Source: Bdellovibrionales bacterium RIFOXYD12_FULL_39_22
Lineage (GTDB): Bacteria > Bdellovibrionota > Bacteriovoracia > Bacteriovoracales > Bacteriovoracaceae
Length of the DNA stretch: 64,000 nucleotides
Direction: 5' to 3'
NCBI GenBank assembly: GCA_001770205.1
Contig: MEQL01000047.1
Span: 1 to 64,000, forward strand
The translations under genes and the position numbers were made by a program. The notes under the pieces were generated by a model. That model was not told the DNA's origin. It saw only the letters and a program-made list of their open reading frames with translations, and did no database searches. Shown here one piece after another: positions 29,627 through 39,794 of this stretch (position 1 is its first letter; each line of letters opens with the position of its first letter).

Positions 29627-30811
29627 TTGGCCATGATCATTGAAAATCAAAAAACTCTAACTTTACACGGAATGAATATTAAGCAGATGATTCTCATCGC
29701 TTTTTCTGTTTCCATGTCTGTGGCATCGCTTTACCTTTTGAATCATCATTTTGAGACTTTTTTCCCCACCGGAATTTCTCAAGGCGTTATTTGCAACATC
29801 AACAGTTTTTTCAATTGTGACACCGTCGCCTATTCTCCAATTGCCTCGCTGTTTTCCGTCCCCATTGCACTATTTGGTATGCTGGCCGGACTTTTTCTAC
29901 TCTTGGGTTCAATTCTGCCCTCAGTATCGTTTGAGGGAACTAATAACTTTCTTGCTAAAGTTAATTTTGTTGGCTGTATCCTGCTTTTTTTATACTCCAT
30001 CTTAATCTTAAAGCACCTCTGTCCAGTCTGCACACTCTATTATATTTTCTCGGGGGTCGTGGCCGTGCTTTTTTGGAAGTACAGCGAAATAACCGCGCCC
30101 TCTCTGAAAATAATATCCATCTATCTCGCAATCACCATTGCAGCTTCTCTAATAACAATTTTGTACGTCAAAGGAAAAGAGGCCAATCGCGATATTTTGG
30201 CCAATACTCTAATCAAAGATTATGATTCCTATCCCAATCTTGGATCTCCAGAAACACCCTCTCCTTATCGCTTGGCCAGTGCCGCAGAAAGATTTGAAAA
30301 TGCCCCTTTGCAATTAACCATCTTCTCCGACTTTCAATGCCCATCGTGTGAACTGCTATCAAAGATGATGGAAAAGGTTATTCCCCGTTATGCCGGAAAA
30401 ATTAACATCCAATATTTCTTCTACCCTCTAGATATGGCCTGTAATCCTGAGATGACGAGACCTATGCACCAATTTGCATGCCAGGCCGCTTATTTGGCCT
30501 CTTGTTCCGGGCCACACTTTAAAGAGGTACATGATCAAATCTTTGCCCAAATGGAAACACTCTCTGATCAATGGTTAGCGGATAAAGCAAAGGCCATCGG
30601 TGCCTATGACTGTATGAGTTCTTCTCAAACAAAAGAACAGGTGCAAAAGCAAATCGAGGCAGCAAAACCATTTAATGTAAAATCTACTCCCACTTTTTTA
30701 TTAAATGGCGTTAAAATTGAGGGGGCCATTCCACTAAATCAACTTTTCATCCTACTAGATGAACTATTAAAACGAGTGGAGAACGCCCCAAAGCAATGCA
30801 CCTCATGCTAA
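29627..30811 (+). CDS. VKOR-DsbA fusion
   Basis: VKOR CNINSFFNCD and LCPVC; thioredoxin FSDFQCPSC and STPT. Confidence 0.9.
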   Translation: MAMIIENQKTLTLHGMNIKQMILIAFSVSMSVASLYLLNHHFETFFPTGISQGVICNINSFFNCDTVAYSPIASLFSVPIALFGMLAGLFLLLGSILPSVSFEGTNNFLAKVNFVGCILLFLYSILILKHLCPVCTLYYIFSGVVAVLFWKYSEITAPSLKIISIYLAITIAASLITILYVKGKEANRDILANTLIKDYDSYPNLGSPETPSPYRLASAAERFENAPLQLTIFSDFQCPSCELLSKMMEKVIPRYAGKINIQYFFYPLDMACNPEMTRPMHQFACQAAYLASCSGPHFKEVHDQIFAQMETLSDQWLADKAKAIGAYDCMSSSQTKEQVQKQIEAAKPFNVKSTPTFLLNGVKIEGAIPLNQLFILLDELLKRVENAPKQCTSC

Positions 30812-31578
30812 CTGATACTCATTGTCACCTTGATTATCTTAAGGCCGCGGCAATCGAAGTAATTGTTGCAAACTCAATGGCCGCAGGCGTGTCACGCCTG
30901 GTTACTATCTCCGTTGATCCTACAAACCTGGATGAAGTTATAACGATTGCAAAAAAGTTTCCTCAGGTGGCCTGCTCACAAGGAATACATCCTCATGACG
31001 CTAAGCTGTACAATAAAGAAGTTGAAAGAAAAATTATCGAAAACTGCCAAGATAAAACTAACAAGGTGATTTCCATTGGAGAAATTGGACTAGATTATCA
31101 CTACAATCACTCCTCAAAGGAAGAACAAACTATGGCCTTTGAGGCCCAACTCTCCTTGGCGGGATTACTCAACCTTCCAATTATAATTCATTCTCGCGAA
31201 GCAGAAGATGACACCATGGCCATTTTGAAAAATATGGAGTCAAAAATCAAAAAATGCCCGGTGGTTTTTCATAGTTTTACTTCCAATGATAAATTAGCAC
31301 AATTTGCCCTGGCCCGGGATTTCTTTATTGGTATTAATGGCATTATAACTTTTAATAAATCAGACAATGTACGAGAAATTGTAAAAAACACTCCTGCGGA
31401 AAAATTAGTTGTGGAGACAGATGCCCCGTTCCTCTCTCCTGTTCCCTTTCGCGGAAAAGAGAATAGTCCTCAATATATTCCTTACATTGTGCAAGCAATG
31501 GCCAAGATCAAAGGAATTGATGAAACATCCCTTGCTTCACAATTAGAGCTCAATACCAAGGCCTTATTCCGCTGGTAA
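30796..31578 (+). CDS. tatD: TatD-family DNase
   Basis: DTHCHL, GIHPH, IGEIGLDY, IHSR, ETDAPFL. Confidence 0.93.
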   Translation: MHLMLTDTHCHLDYLKAAAIEVIVANSMAAGVSRLVTISVDPTNLDEVITIAKKFPQVACSQGIHPHDAKLYNKEVERKIIENCQDKTNKVISIGEIGLDYHYNHSSKEEQTMAFEAQLSLAGLLNLPIIIHSREAEDDTMAILKNMESKIKKCPVVFHSFTSNDKLAQFALARDFFIGINGIITFNKSDNVREIVKNTPAEKLVVETDAPFLSPVPFRGKENSPQYIPYIVQAMAKIKGIDETSLASQLELNTKALFRW

Positions 31579-31609
31579 TAATCAAGACACATGTGATGCT
31601 TCGTTACGA

Positions 31610-33130
31610 TTACCTAATGTATCCTCTAATTGGAAACCAGTCCTCATAAATTTCGTTGATCAAAGATTCTTTATTATCCACTTGCAATAATTCTCCATCT
31701 TTTGTCATTTGCCACGAACTGTATTGATTGTTATTTGGTGACCATTTTTTATTCTTCCGACTATAGCTCCAAAACGGTTTACCTTTCTCAAAATAGCGCA
31801 AATAAACACGACTTACCTCTTTTTCACTTGGTGGCCCTTTGCGAATATCAAGAAATACTCGCTTATTAACTGGATCAACTATAACCCTTTCTAGATGTCC
31901 AAAACCAAGCTTGTTGGCCATGTGATAAAACGGAGTTGCTTTCGCCGCTTCAATCAGCTTTTCTGACAGATCTATTCGCTCTTGATTGGTTAGATTTTGT
32001 ACTTTTTCAAAAGACAATTTATGCATTTTTTCTATTGTGCCAGTTGAATTTTTAATGAATGCTTTCAAGTTATCGCGCCCAAGGCCGCCAGGAATTCGCT
32101 GCGTATTTGGAAATTGCTCTAGCGCTGTTGCCAGAAAAAAGTATGAGGCACCATGGCCACGATATTTTTTGTGCATGGAAAGATGAAAATCTAAAGTATA
32201 TGTATCATCTGGAAACATTCCAAATCTTCCGCCCCCCACTTCTTTGTCTCCATCAAGTAAGGTGTAAAATTTATGTCCATAAAAAAGTTCACTCGCCTCC
32301 AACCGTATTGCAATCTTTCCAACATCAACTTCCGGATTATCTTGTTGCATACGATCTTTGAATTGTTGTTCATAATACTCACGGGCATTTTTGTATTGAT
32401 TTTGAATAGGATGGGCCGCTCTATCTTTCTGAATCTTTAAAAAATAATCGAGCGTCTCATCCATATCAGAAAAATCATCATCAACCCAATGAACATTTGT
32501 TTCCATTGGCCCTTGATAATTATATCGAGTAGTAAGATATATTTCCCGACGAGTCCCTGTTTGTGCTTTAACCCATGTTTCCACCGGAACAATTTCGTTA
32601 AACATGGATGGATCAATAACCATTGCGGATATTCCGCTTTCATTTTTTACAGAAATAATTGGCGCCATGTGGCCATTCCATTTCACAAAACCATTAGGAT
32701 GATTAGGTGTAACAATACTCAAATCTCCAATAACAAAAATTTTCCCGACAATAATACCCATCTGTTCAGCAAGTTCCGCCATTTTATGCGCCCGCGCATA
32801 ACATCCACTGTCGGGACAATTGAATGGAATTTCCTTTCGAGAGGCCAATTTAACAAAAAGTTCACTGGCCTCATCTGTCGATAATACACTAATCTTAAAA
32901 TCGTCGGCCATTATTTCGCTAAGCTCTTTGCCATAAGCTTCCGCCTTAACTATCTCGGAAATTTCGACATAGCTTTTTGGATATTCCCCAATTGAGCTGC
33001 TCTCTTTTGCAAATTTAGAGACCAGCTCATTAGCAACTTCGATGCAAGAAGAAGCAAAAACTTCGCCTCGAAAAATCACAGAGATCAAAGTTAACACTAC
33101 AAACAGTACGTATCGCATTTTATAATCCAA
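31610..33130 (-). CDS. Secreted protein-glutaminase-domain protein with GNAT-like C-domain
   Basis: Signal peptide; GCYARAH...WNGHMAP...VIDPS; later KKYRGHGAS. Confidence 0.8.
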   Translation of the reverse strand: MDYKMRYVLFVVLTLISVIFRGEVFASSCIEVANELVSKFAKESSSIGEYPKSYVEISEIVKAEAYGKELSEIMADDFKISVLSTDEASELFVKLASRKEIPFNCPDSGCYARAHKMAELAEQMGIIVGKIFVIGDLSIVTPNHPNGFVKWNGHMAPIISVKNESGISAMVIDPSMFNEIVPVETWVKAQTGTRREIYLTTRYNYQGPMETNVHWVDDDFSDMDETLDYFLKIQKDRAAHPIQNQYKNAREYYEQQFKDRMQQDNPEVDVGKIAIRLEASELFYGHKFYTLLDGDKEVGGGRFGMFPDDTYTLDFHLSMHKKYRGHGASYFFLATALEQFPNTQRIPGGLGRDNLKAFIKNSTGTIEKMHKLSFEKVQNLTNQERIDLSEKLIEAAKATPFYHMANKLGFGHLERVIVDPVNKRVFLDIRKGPPSEKEVSRVYLRYFEKGKPFWSYSRKNKKWSPNNNQYSSWQMTKDGELLQVDNKESLINEIYEDWFPIRGYIR

Positions 33131-33299
33131 GTATTTACTTGGGCATTAGGCCCTGTTAATCATTACCTAAATAGTAACCAAAATGTTAATTTGAACAAGT
33201 TATTTGAAATTCTTACAGTAAAAAATAATCTTCTTGCCTAATTATTGAACAGTTTACAGCAATTCCTTGAAAAACCATGGACATATCCGAGCTATACTC

Positions 33300-34457
33300 T
33301 TAAGCCCCATATGGCATATCAAGAGGGCGTGACAACCACTCGCTGGCATTAACAACACTTACTCCATCGATTGTTCTCGGCAACTTGCAATCATCATTTA
33401 AAACAAGTTGCACGGCCATAGGAATTTTTAACTTATGCATAAAATAAAATAAATGAGAGGATGCTTTGGTATCAGAAACTTTCGCCTCCACTAACAAAAT
33501 AGGTTTGCGGTTTTTTATTATTACAAAATCGACTTCATGCCCATCACGGTCACGTATATAGCTCAACTCATACCGATCACCTGTAGAATCTTCTAGAAAA
33601 TGATTTTTCTTTAACAGGTGGTTGGCAACTAAGTTTTCAAATTTAGCCCCAACATCTCCCTGCACTTCTCCATTATCATAAAAATATGCCTTGGGTGCCT
33701 TAACAATTGCCTTGGCCATACTTTTACTATACGGGGATACAATAAAAACAGCGTAGGTGCGCTCAAGAACGTATAGCCAATTTTTTACCGTCTTCGGAGC
33801 AACTTCTAAGTCTCTGGCCAGATTTGAAAATACAATTTCACTTCCAACACGTTCAGATAATTGAAAATAAAATATTTCCAATATTGTCAGATCTTTAATA
33901 TTCTCTAGGTCCCGAATGTCTTGACGAAAAATCAAATTTATTCGCTCATTACGCCAACGCTTGGCAAGCGTTAAATCATTTGAAAAAAACGGTTCTGGAA
34001 ATCCTCCGAATTCTAACAATTTTCCAATAACATTCTCCGAGCTATTTATACCTATACGAAAATTTTTTTTAAGCTCTGCTAAGCATAGCGGATGGAGTCG
34101 CCAGGAAAAAAATCTTCCCAACATGGAATCTTGCCCTTTTTTATAAATATCTAATTTGGCACTGCCTGTAACCAAAAAGACATGACGATCTTTTTGCGTA
34201 TCATAGGTTCCCTTGAGAAAATTTTTCCACCGCCCATATTTGTGAATTTCATCAAGCGCAATCACTCTGCTTTCATCACTCCAATCCCTTTTTAGAATTC
34301 TTTTACGCTCGTCTATGTCGTCCCAATTAAGATAAATTGAGTTAGATTTTCCAATAATATCTCGCGCCAACGTAGTTTTACCTGCCTGTCTTGGGCCGGA
34401 GACAAAAACCATTTTTCTTTTCAAATCGCTCTGAATTTGTTCCTGAATATATCGCAA
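33300..34457 (-). CDS. AAA ATPase with DUF4143 (copy 2)
   Basis: GPRQAGKT, LDEIHK, TGSA, GGFPEP, KAYFYD, EVDFVI...EAK; AGGAG RBS before TTG. Confidence 0.9.
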   Translation of the reverse strand: MRYIQEQIQSDLKRKMVFVSGPRQAGKTTLARDIIGKSNSIYLNWDDIDERKRILKRDWSDESRVIALDEIHKYGRWKNFLKGTYDTQKDRHVFLVTGSAKLDIYKKGQDSMLGRFFSWRLHPLCLAELKKNFRIGINSSENVIGKLLEFGGFPEPFFSNDLTLAKRWRNERINLIFRQDIRDLENIKDLTILEIFYFQLSERVGSEIVFSNLARDLEVAPKTVKNWLYVLERTYAVFIVSPYSKSMAKAIVKAPKAYFYDNGEVQGDVGAKFENLVANHLLKKNHFLEDSTGDRYELSYIRDRDGHEVDFVIIKNRKPILLVEAKVSDTKASSHLFYFMHKLKIPMAVQLVLNDDCKLPRTIDGVSVVNASEWLSRPLDMPYGA

Positions 34458-34486
34458 GCTTTTTCGCTCCTTTTAATGAACTGTTC

Positions 34487-34555
34487 TTTGTCTGGACAAT
34501 TATAACCTATGAGTCATAATTGTCCAGACAAAAAGGACCTGTTAGTCATAATTGT
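34487..34555. promoter_or_regulatory. Perfect 17-bp inverted repeat plus a third partial copy, upstream of ATPase copy 2
   Basis: TTTGTCTGGACAATTAT 34487-34503 / ATAATTGTCCAGACAAA 34516-34532; AGTCATAATTGT at 34512 and 34544; overlaps minus-strand TGGACA-N16-TATAAT. Confidence 0.75.
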
Positions 34556-34579
34556 ATAAAATTCACAATAGCATGTTTT

Positions 34580-35497
34580 TTAGGCCATCTTCTCGTTGTC
34601 AAATATTTTACTGGTGCTGCTGGCCACCACTTCACCGATGGTTTTGTAAATTTTGAATTGAATATCTGGTGAATCATCTAGATCAGTATGCCCTTCCTGA
34701 CGAAGCTCATTTATAACATTGGTAAATTCAATGTCGCGCGCAATATTGGGGCCATCGTTATATAAAAAATCTTTGTCTCCAATAAAATTTAAATTTTTCT
34801 CTACGTTTTGTGGAATAATATCATTATTAAGGCCAACAGAATCTAGCGTCACCAGCAGATTAACTTTGCGAAAACCATTTTCCATATTATTTAGCTCATT
34901 AGCAATCTCCACAGCTAAATCCCCTCCCAAGCTGTGTCCCACCATTATTATTGGCCGCTCGGTCGGACGTTTTTTTATCTCTTCCATGATCTTACTTTTT
35001 TCCGTCCAAGAAAAATGTTCCGCCCCATTAATATATTTGCTCATCTCTTTGAGGCCCCCCGCATCGCTCGAACTTAATTTTCCAAATTGCCATCCACTTA
35101 TAAAAAATATCCCTGGCCGGTTGACCATAGGTGGAGCTTTTTCTTGGGCCTGAGCAGAACTAGCTTTTTTTGGCAAAGCTTGCTCTTTTACACCTTCGCT
35201 TTTTAATGGAACGGCCACGCTTTTAGTGGCACCATCCACCACCGTGGCAGCGGCCGATCCAACGTTTTTTGCGGCGGCCACTGCCCCTGGCGGCATAGTG
35301 GCGATATCTTTGGCCAATTCCTGGGCACGCTCTGAAATATCGGCCTTATCACTTGTGGCCGATGGCACTTTTGTGGCCTGCTCGGTAGCTGGCATAGTGG
35401 AAGAAGAAGTAATCGGCCTCCGATTAAGATAATCCTGATGACTTTCATACTTGATGACTCGAGGAATAGTTACACTATTGTTAGTTATTGCATTCAT
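34580..35497 (-). CDS. Alpha/beta hydrolase-like protein with low-complexity N-terminus
   Basis: MVGHSLGG nucleophile elbow, LLVTLDSV, GHTDLD. Confidence 0.75.
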   Translation of the reverse strand: MNAITNNSVTIPRVIKYESHQDYLNRRPITSSSTMPATEQATKVPSATSDKADISERAQELAKDIATMPPGAVAAAKNVGSAAATVVDGATKSVAVPLKSEGVKEQALPKKASSAQAQEKAPPMVNRPGIFFISGWQFGKLSSSDAGGLKEMSKYINGAEHFSWTEKSKIMEEIKKRPTERPIIMVGHSLGGDLAVEIANELNNMENGFRKVNLLVTLDSVGLNNDIIPQNVEKNLNFIGDKDFLYNDGPNIARDIEFTNVINELRQEGHTDLDDSPDIQFKIYKTIGEVVASSTSKIFDNEKMA

Positions 35498-35600
35498 AGC
35501 AATATTATAGCGGTAGTCTCCATTTCTAAAAAATAGAAAGTGGGATGGTAGCTTTTGCCCGAGCTATATACTCTTTTATTTTATAGCTTTTCAAAAAAAT

Positions 35601-35627
35601 TTAAGATTTTTCCTACCCCGCCGAAGT
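35601..35627 (+). promoter_or_regulatory. Sigma28-like promoter
   Basis: TTAAGATT-N11-GCCGAAGT upstream of ATG 35670. Confidence 0.55.
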
Positions 35628-35669
35628 AGTAGCTACTAGAAAAACGTTATTATTTTTCAGGAGGCCACA

Positions 35670-35837
35670 ATGGGACACAAAGAACACAATGGAAAAGACA
35701 AACAAAAAAAGAAGCTGACTAAAAAAGAGCAAAAAGCACAAAATCACCTAAAACTAATGAATGGCGGAAAAGGTACAAACGGTAATGCGGGCACCAATTT
35801 CACCCCAGGAAATGGTGATAATAAAAAGGCAGCTTAG
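35670..35837 (+). CDS. Small Lys-rich protein (55 aa) ending KKAA
   Basis: AGGAGG RBS; MGHKEHNGKDKQKKKLTKKEQKAQNHLKLMNGGKGTNGNAGTNFTPGNGDNKKAA; not in the track (<60 aa). Confidence 0.75.
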   Translation: MGHKEHNGKDKQKKKLTKKEQKAQNHLKLMNGGKGTNGNAGTNFTPGNGDNKKAA

Positions 35838-35861
35838 TCGGCCAATTAGGGCGGTGGCCTT

Positions 35862-36440
35862 TTAAAACTTTAAGTTTAACCCACCGCCAATTCCTAAATC
35901 GCGATCCATGGTTAAATTTTTAGCAATAAAAATATTTGCGCCTATATCCTCATTGATCCCAATCAAAACGCCACCAACAAATCGCGCCACTATAAAATTA
36001 TAAAGAATCTGTTCAAAATCATTGAAGTCGCTATCTGCTGGTTCAAACTCGTGATAATCTTTTTTGTCTGCCCCAGTAAATTGATGGTAACCAATGCCCA
36101 ATTGCATACCAGCATAGGGAACGACTGGAAAGGTTTTTATAACATCTGTCACGGCAGCATATAAATTATATACTCCCTCAATGACAAAAGTATTTTGGGC
36201 CGTTCCATAACTAACTCCACTTCCGTGCAAAACAGCATTCTTGCGCTTTAACAAATTAACATTAAAATTGTGATAATTTTCGGTGTAATCAAAATCATTA
36301 CTGACCGAGGAAAAACGATAGTTGGCCTGCAAAAATGAAGTATCATTTCCTAAAAAATCAGCACGCACCTCCATCGTCCTTCCCAAAATGGCAATTAACG
36401 CTAGCAAAAATAAACTTGTTCTCATAATTTTCTCCATCAA
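35862..36440 (-). CDS. Outer-membrane beta-barrel protein
   Basis: Signal peptide, PYAGMQLGIG strand, C-terminal GLNLKF. Confidence 0.75.
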   Translation of the reverse strand: MMEKIMRTSLFLLALIAILGRTMEVRADFLGNDTSFLQANYRFSSVSNDFDYTENYHNFNVNLLKRKNAVLHGSGVSYGTAQNTFVIEGVYNLYAAVTDVIKTFPVVPYAGMQLGIGYHQFTGADKKDYHEFEPADSDFNDFEQILYNFIVARFVGGVLIGINEDIGANIFIAKNLTMDRDLGIGGGLNLKF

Positions 36441-37564
36441 GTGTTATCGTTATCATTGTCGTTATTATTAACCTTAAAATTTTTCAAATGATCTCCAAAG
36501 GAATGCTTTAATTCTCCCTTCTCATTTTTCTTCTGACTTTTTTTTGCTGATACCGCCACCACTTCTTCGTTACTTTGTTGCACGCCCTCGGGCGTCTTTA
36601 GATATTCGCGAAATGTTGGCAACTCTCCTTTGTAAACTATTCTATTCAAATGTTTTACAAGGCCTGTCCAATGGCCCAAACTATTATCTTGCCGCTTGGC
36701 CGTCTCGAACGAATTCATTTTAGAATCTATTAAATCAATGTGATGAACCAGTAGTGCCTCAGAAGTTTGTGGCGTTTTGGGTGAACCAAACTCATATTCT
36801 CCATGATGAGAAGCTAGAATATGTCGTAGATGCATTTTGGTTGTATGGGGAAAGTTAGTAATTTTAGCAGTAAAGCGATCCAGTAGTTCAAACGATTTTA
36901 TCAAATGTCCTATCAACTTGCCCTCTTCGGTATAATCAACTAAATCACCATCGCTTAATTCATAAATCTTCGCAATGTCGTGAAAGACTGCACCGGCCAC
37001 CACATAATTTCGATTAACCGCATAGTGTGCAGAAAGCAGTACTGCCAACTTAACAGATGACAATGTGTGCTCCAGCAGGCCGCCTTCATAACAGTGATGA
37101 ATTGATTTTCCCGCTGCCCAAATTTTTAAACGCCGAGAAATTTCTGGATCATAAAGAGTTGCATGTAAAAAATCTTTAATGTAAACATCATCTAATGTCT
37201 CCACAATGGCCATCAATTCCCCAAACATTCGGTCTGGTGGATTAGCACTAACTTGAACAAAATCTTCGCGTCGTAAATTATCCTTCACCGCCGGCCTTAT
37301 CTCTGATGCAATCAATTGGAGTCTGTTTTGGTAACTATTAATCTTACCTTGTATTTCGACATAATCTCCCCGACTAATTTGCTCAGCAACCTCTTCCGCC
37401 CCCTGCCACTTTTTAACCTCTAAGTCTCCAGTAGCATCCGCAACAATCATGTTGAGATAAGTGCGGCCATCTTTAGATTCTACCAGCGCAATATATTTAA
37501 CCAAAAAGAGTGAATCAATATTATCTTTGTTCCCTAAATTTTTTATGAACTGTTTTTTTTCCAA
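36437..37564 (-). CDS. yhaM: 3'-5' exoribonuclease YhaM family (OB + HD)
   Basis: OB fold DATG...W; AAGKSIHHCYEGGLLEH, HDIAK, SHHG..EFGSP; likely TTG start 37564. Confidence 0.9.
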   Translation of the reverse strand: MEKKQFIKNLGNKDNIDSLFLVKYIALVESKDGRTYLNMIVADATGDLEVKKWQGAEEVAEQISRGDYVEIQGKINSYQNRLQLIASEIRPAVKDNLRREDFVQVSANPPDRMFGELMAIVETLDDVYIKDFLHATLYDPEISRRLKIWAAGKSIHHCYEGGLLEHTLSSVKLAVLLSAHYAVNRNYVVAGAVFHDIAKIYELSDGDLVDYTEEGKLIGHLIKSFELLDRFTAKITNFPHTTKMHLRHILASHHGEYEFGSPKTPQTSEALLVHHIDLIDSKMNSFETAKRQDNSLGHWTGLVKHLNRIVYKGELPTFREYLKTPEGVQQSNEEVVAVSAKKSQKKNEKGELKHSFGDHLKNFKVNNNDNDNDNT

Positions 37565-37736
37565 GCAATTTCCTATGCTAATTATCAGTTGAATGAGTGA
37601 TATCTGCAATGATACTTAATTCATATAAAAAGTCTACACAAGCTTCCCGATGTGTGGCATAATCACTATTGTTTTAACAACCTAATATTTTTTTATAATC
37701 ACCGAGCACAACACTCGCCTTTACGCAGGAGGATCT

Positions 37737-38930
37737 ATGTCTCTCAAATATGTCGACGAAGTAAATTTTAAGGGGAAAAAAGTAATTGCCCGTTTTGACT
37801 TTAACGTTCCACTGGCCAAGGATGGCAGCGGAAAAATTACCGACACCACTCGCATTGATATGGCCATGCCCACCATCAAATACATTCTAGAACACGGTGC
37901 GAGTAAGCTAATTATGATGAGTCACTTAGGCCGTCCCAAAGATGGCGTAAAAGATGCAAAATATTCTCTTGAGCCCGTGGCCAAATATTTGGCAACCAAG
38001 CTTGGCCAAGAAGTTGTGCTTACTGAATCATGCACAGATAAAGGAATTAAAAATTTAATCGGCCTTAACGCTACCAAATTGGTTCTTCTAGAGAATGTAC
38101 GTTTTCATATTGAAGAAACTAAAAATGATCATGAATTTGCTAAGACTCTGGCCGGCTATGCTGACTTCTACGTTAATGACGCTTTTGGAACCGCTCATCG
38201 TGAACACGCCTCGACCTATGAGATCAATGCCTTTTTTAAAAATAACAATGCGGCCGGTTTTTTAATGCGCCAAGAAATTGAGGCCTTGAATAAAGTTGTA
38301 GAATCACCTAAGCACCCCTTTATCGCGATTGTTGGTGGAGCTAAAGTAGCAGATAAAATCAAGATCATCGAAAAACTTCTAGTAAACGTTGATAAGATGA
38401 TAATCGGTGGTGCCATGGCCTATCCTTTCTTAAAGGCACAAGGCCACAATATCGGCAAATCTCTGTGCGATGCGGAGGATGTAGATTTGGCCCGCAAAAT
38501 TTTAGGCAGTGCTTCGGCAAAAAAAATCTCTTTGCCAATTGATCATATCGTCAGTGATTCCACGGAAGGTAAGGGTGAAACCATAAACTCCAAAGATATT
38601 CCTAGTGAAAAAATGGGCCTAGATGTTGGGCCCAAAACGATGGAGTACTTTCGCGATACACTTAAAGATGCTCAAACAGTATTGTGGAATGGCCCAATGG
38701 GATTTTTTGAAAACAAAGAATTTGCCAAAGGAACAATGGAGATTGCTAAAATTTTATCAAACCTGAAAGGGGCATTCACCCTGGTAGGTGGTGGTGATTC
38801 GGTAAGTGCCGTACAAAAGGCCGGACTCTCTGATAAAATGTCCCACGTCTCTACCGGAGGCGGTGCTTCGTTGGAATATATTGAGCAAGGAACATTACCC
38901 GGAATTAAAGCACTTAAATTTGGAGTTTAA
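37737..38930 (+). CDS. pgk: Phosphoglycerate kinase
   Basis: RFDFNVP, SHLGRP, NDAFGTAHR, STGGGASLE. Confidence 0.98.
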   Translation: MSLKYVDEVNFKGKKVIARFDFNVPLAKDGSGKITDTTRIDMAMPTIKYILEHGASKLIMMSHLGRPKDGVKDAKYSLEPVAKYLATKLGQEVVLTESCTDKGIKNLIGLNATKLVLLENVRFHIEETKNDHEFAKTLAGYADFYVNDAFGTAHREHASTYEINAFFKNNNAAGFLMRQEIEALNKVVESPKHPFIAIVGGAKVADKIKIIEKLLVNVDKMIIGGAMAYPFLKAQGHNIGKSLCDAEDVDLARKILGSASAKKISLPIDHIVSDSTEGKGETINSKDIPSEKMGLDVGPKTMEYFRDTLKDAQTVLWNGPMGFFENKEFAKGTMEIAKILSNLKGAFTLVGGGDSVSAVQKAGLSDKMSHVSTGGGASLEYIEQGTLPGIKALKFGV

Positions 38931-38932
38931 AC

Positions 38933-39697
38933 ATGAAACGAAAAATACACATCGTCGGCAACTGGAAAATGAATCAGACCCTGGCCTCCATTAAAACTTT
39001 TTTTACAGAGTTTAATGAGACATGCGCTAAATATAATAATTGCAATATGTGGATCGCCCCACAATTTATCCACATCCCATATTTGCAAGAACTTGCACGC
39101 ACACGTAATCTGGTAAAAGTGGGCGGACAAAATTGTTCTCATGTCAACTCCGGTGCCTTTACGGGAGATGTTTCCGCTGCCTCTCTTAAAGATATGGGGG
39201 CCGATTTTGTAATAATTGGCCACTCCGAACGTCGCGCCTTTTTTCAAGAAAAAGATGAAATTTTAAACACCAAAACAATCAATGCCCTCAACGCTGGACT
39301 CAAGGTAATCTTTTGTGTTGGAGAAACACTGGAAGAGCGCGAGGCCGATAAAACCAAGGCCATTATTAAAGGCCAAATTGATAAAGGACTGGCCAAGATT
39401 CCCTCAAACAAAATAAAGGACGTAATTGTGGCCTATGAACCTGTTTGGGCCATCGGAACAGGTAAAAATGCTACTCCTGAACAGGCCCAGGAAGTTCATA
39501 AATTTATTCGTGGACATATCAACTCTACCTTAAAATGGAACAGCGATGAACTAATCATTCTTTACGGTGGAAGCGTAAAACCAAGCAATATCGATGAACT
39601 TCTTGATTGCCAAGACATCGATGGTGCACTAGTTGGCGGTGCCAGTTTAGTGGCCGCTGATTATGACAAACTTTGTGCTAGCGGAAATCGCAAATAA
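38933..39697 (+). CDS. tpiA: Triosephosphate isomerase
   Basis: GNWKMN, GHSERR, AYEPVWAIGTG, YGGSV, LVGGAS. Confidence 0.98.
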   Translation: MKRKIHIVGNWKMNQTLASIKTFFTEFNETCAKYNNCNMWIAPQFIHIPYLQELARTRNLVKVGGQNCSHVNSGAFTGDVSAASLKDMGADFVIIGHSERRAFFQEKDEILNTKTINALNAGLKVIFCVGETLEEREADKTKAIIKGQIDKGLAKIPSNKIKDVIVAYEPVWAIGTGKNATPEQAQEVHKFIRGHINSTLKWNSDELIILYGGSVKPSNIDELLDCQDIDGALVGGASLVAADYDKLCASGNRK

Positions 39698-39794
39698 AAG
39701 CTTTTCGACTTGCCAGATAGCTATAAATTAAGTAAAAATTTTTGCTTCTAGTTTTTAGTGATTAGTTTTAACCTAACATCGAGGAAAGTTCACT

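Noticed and set aside
33146..33160. TTAGGCCCTGTTAAT resembling an IS5-type end
   Set aside because: No partner end or transposase found in the window
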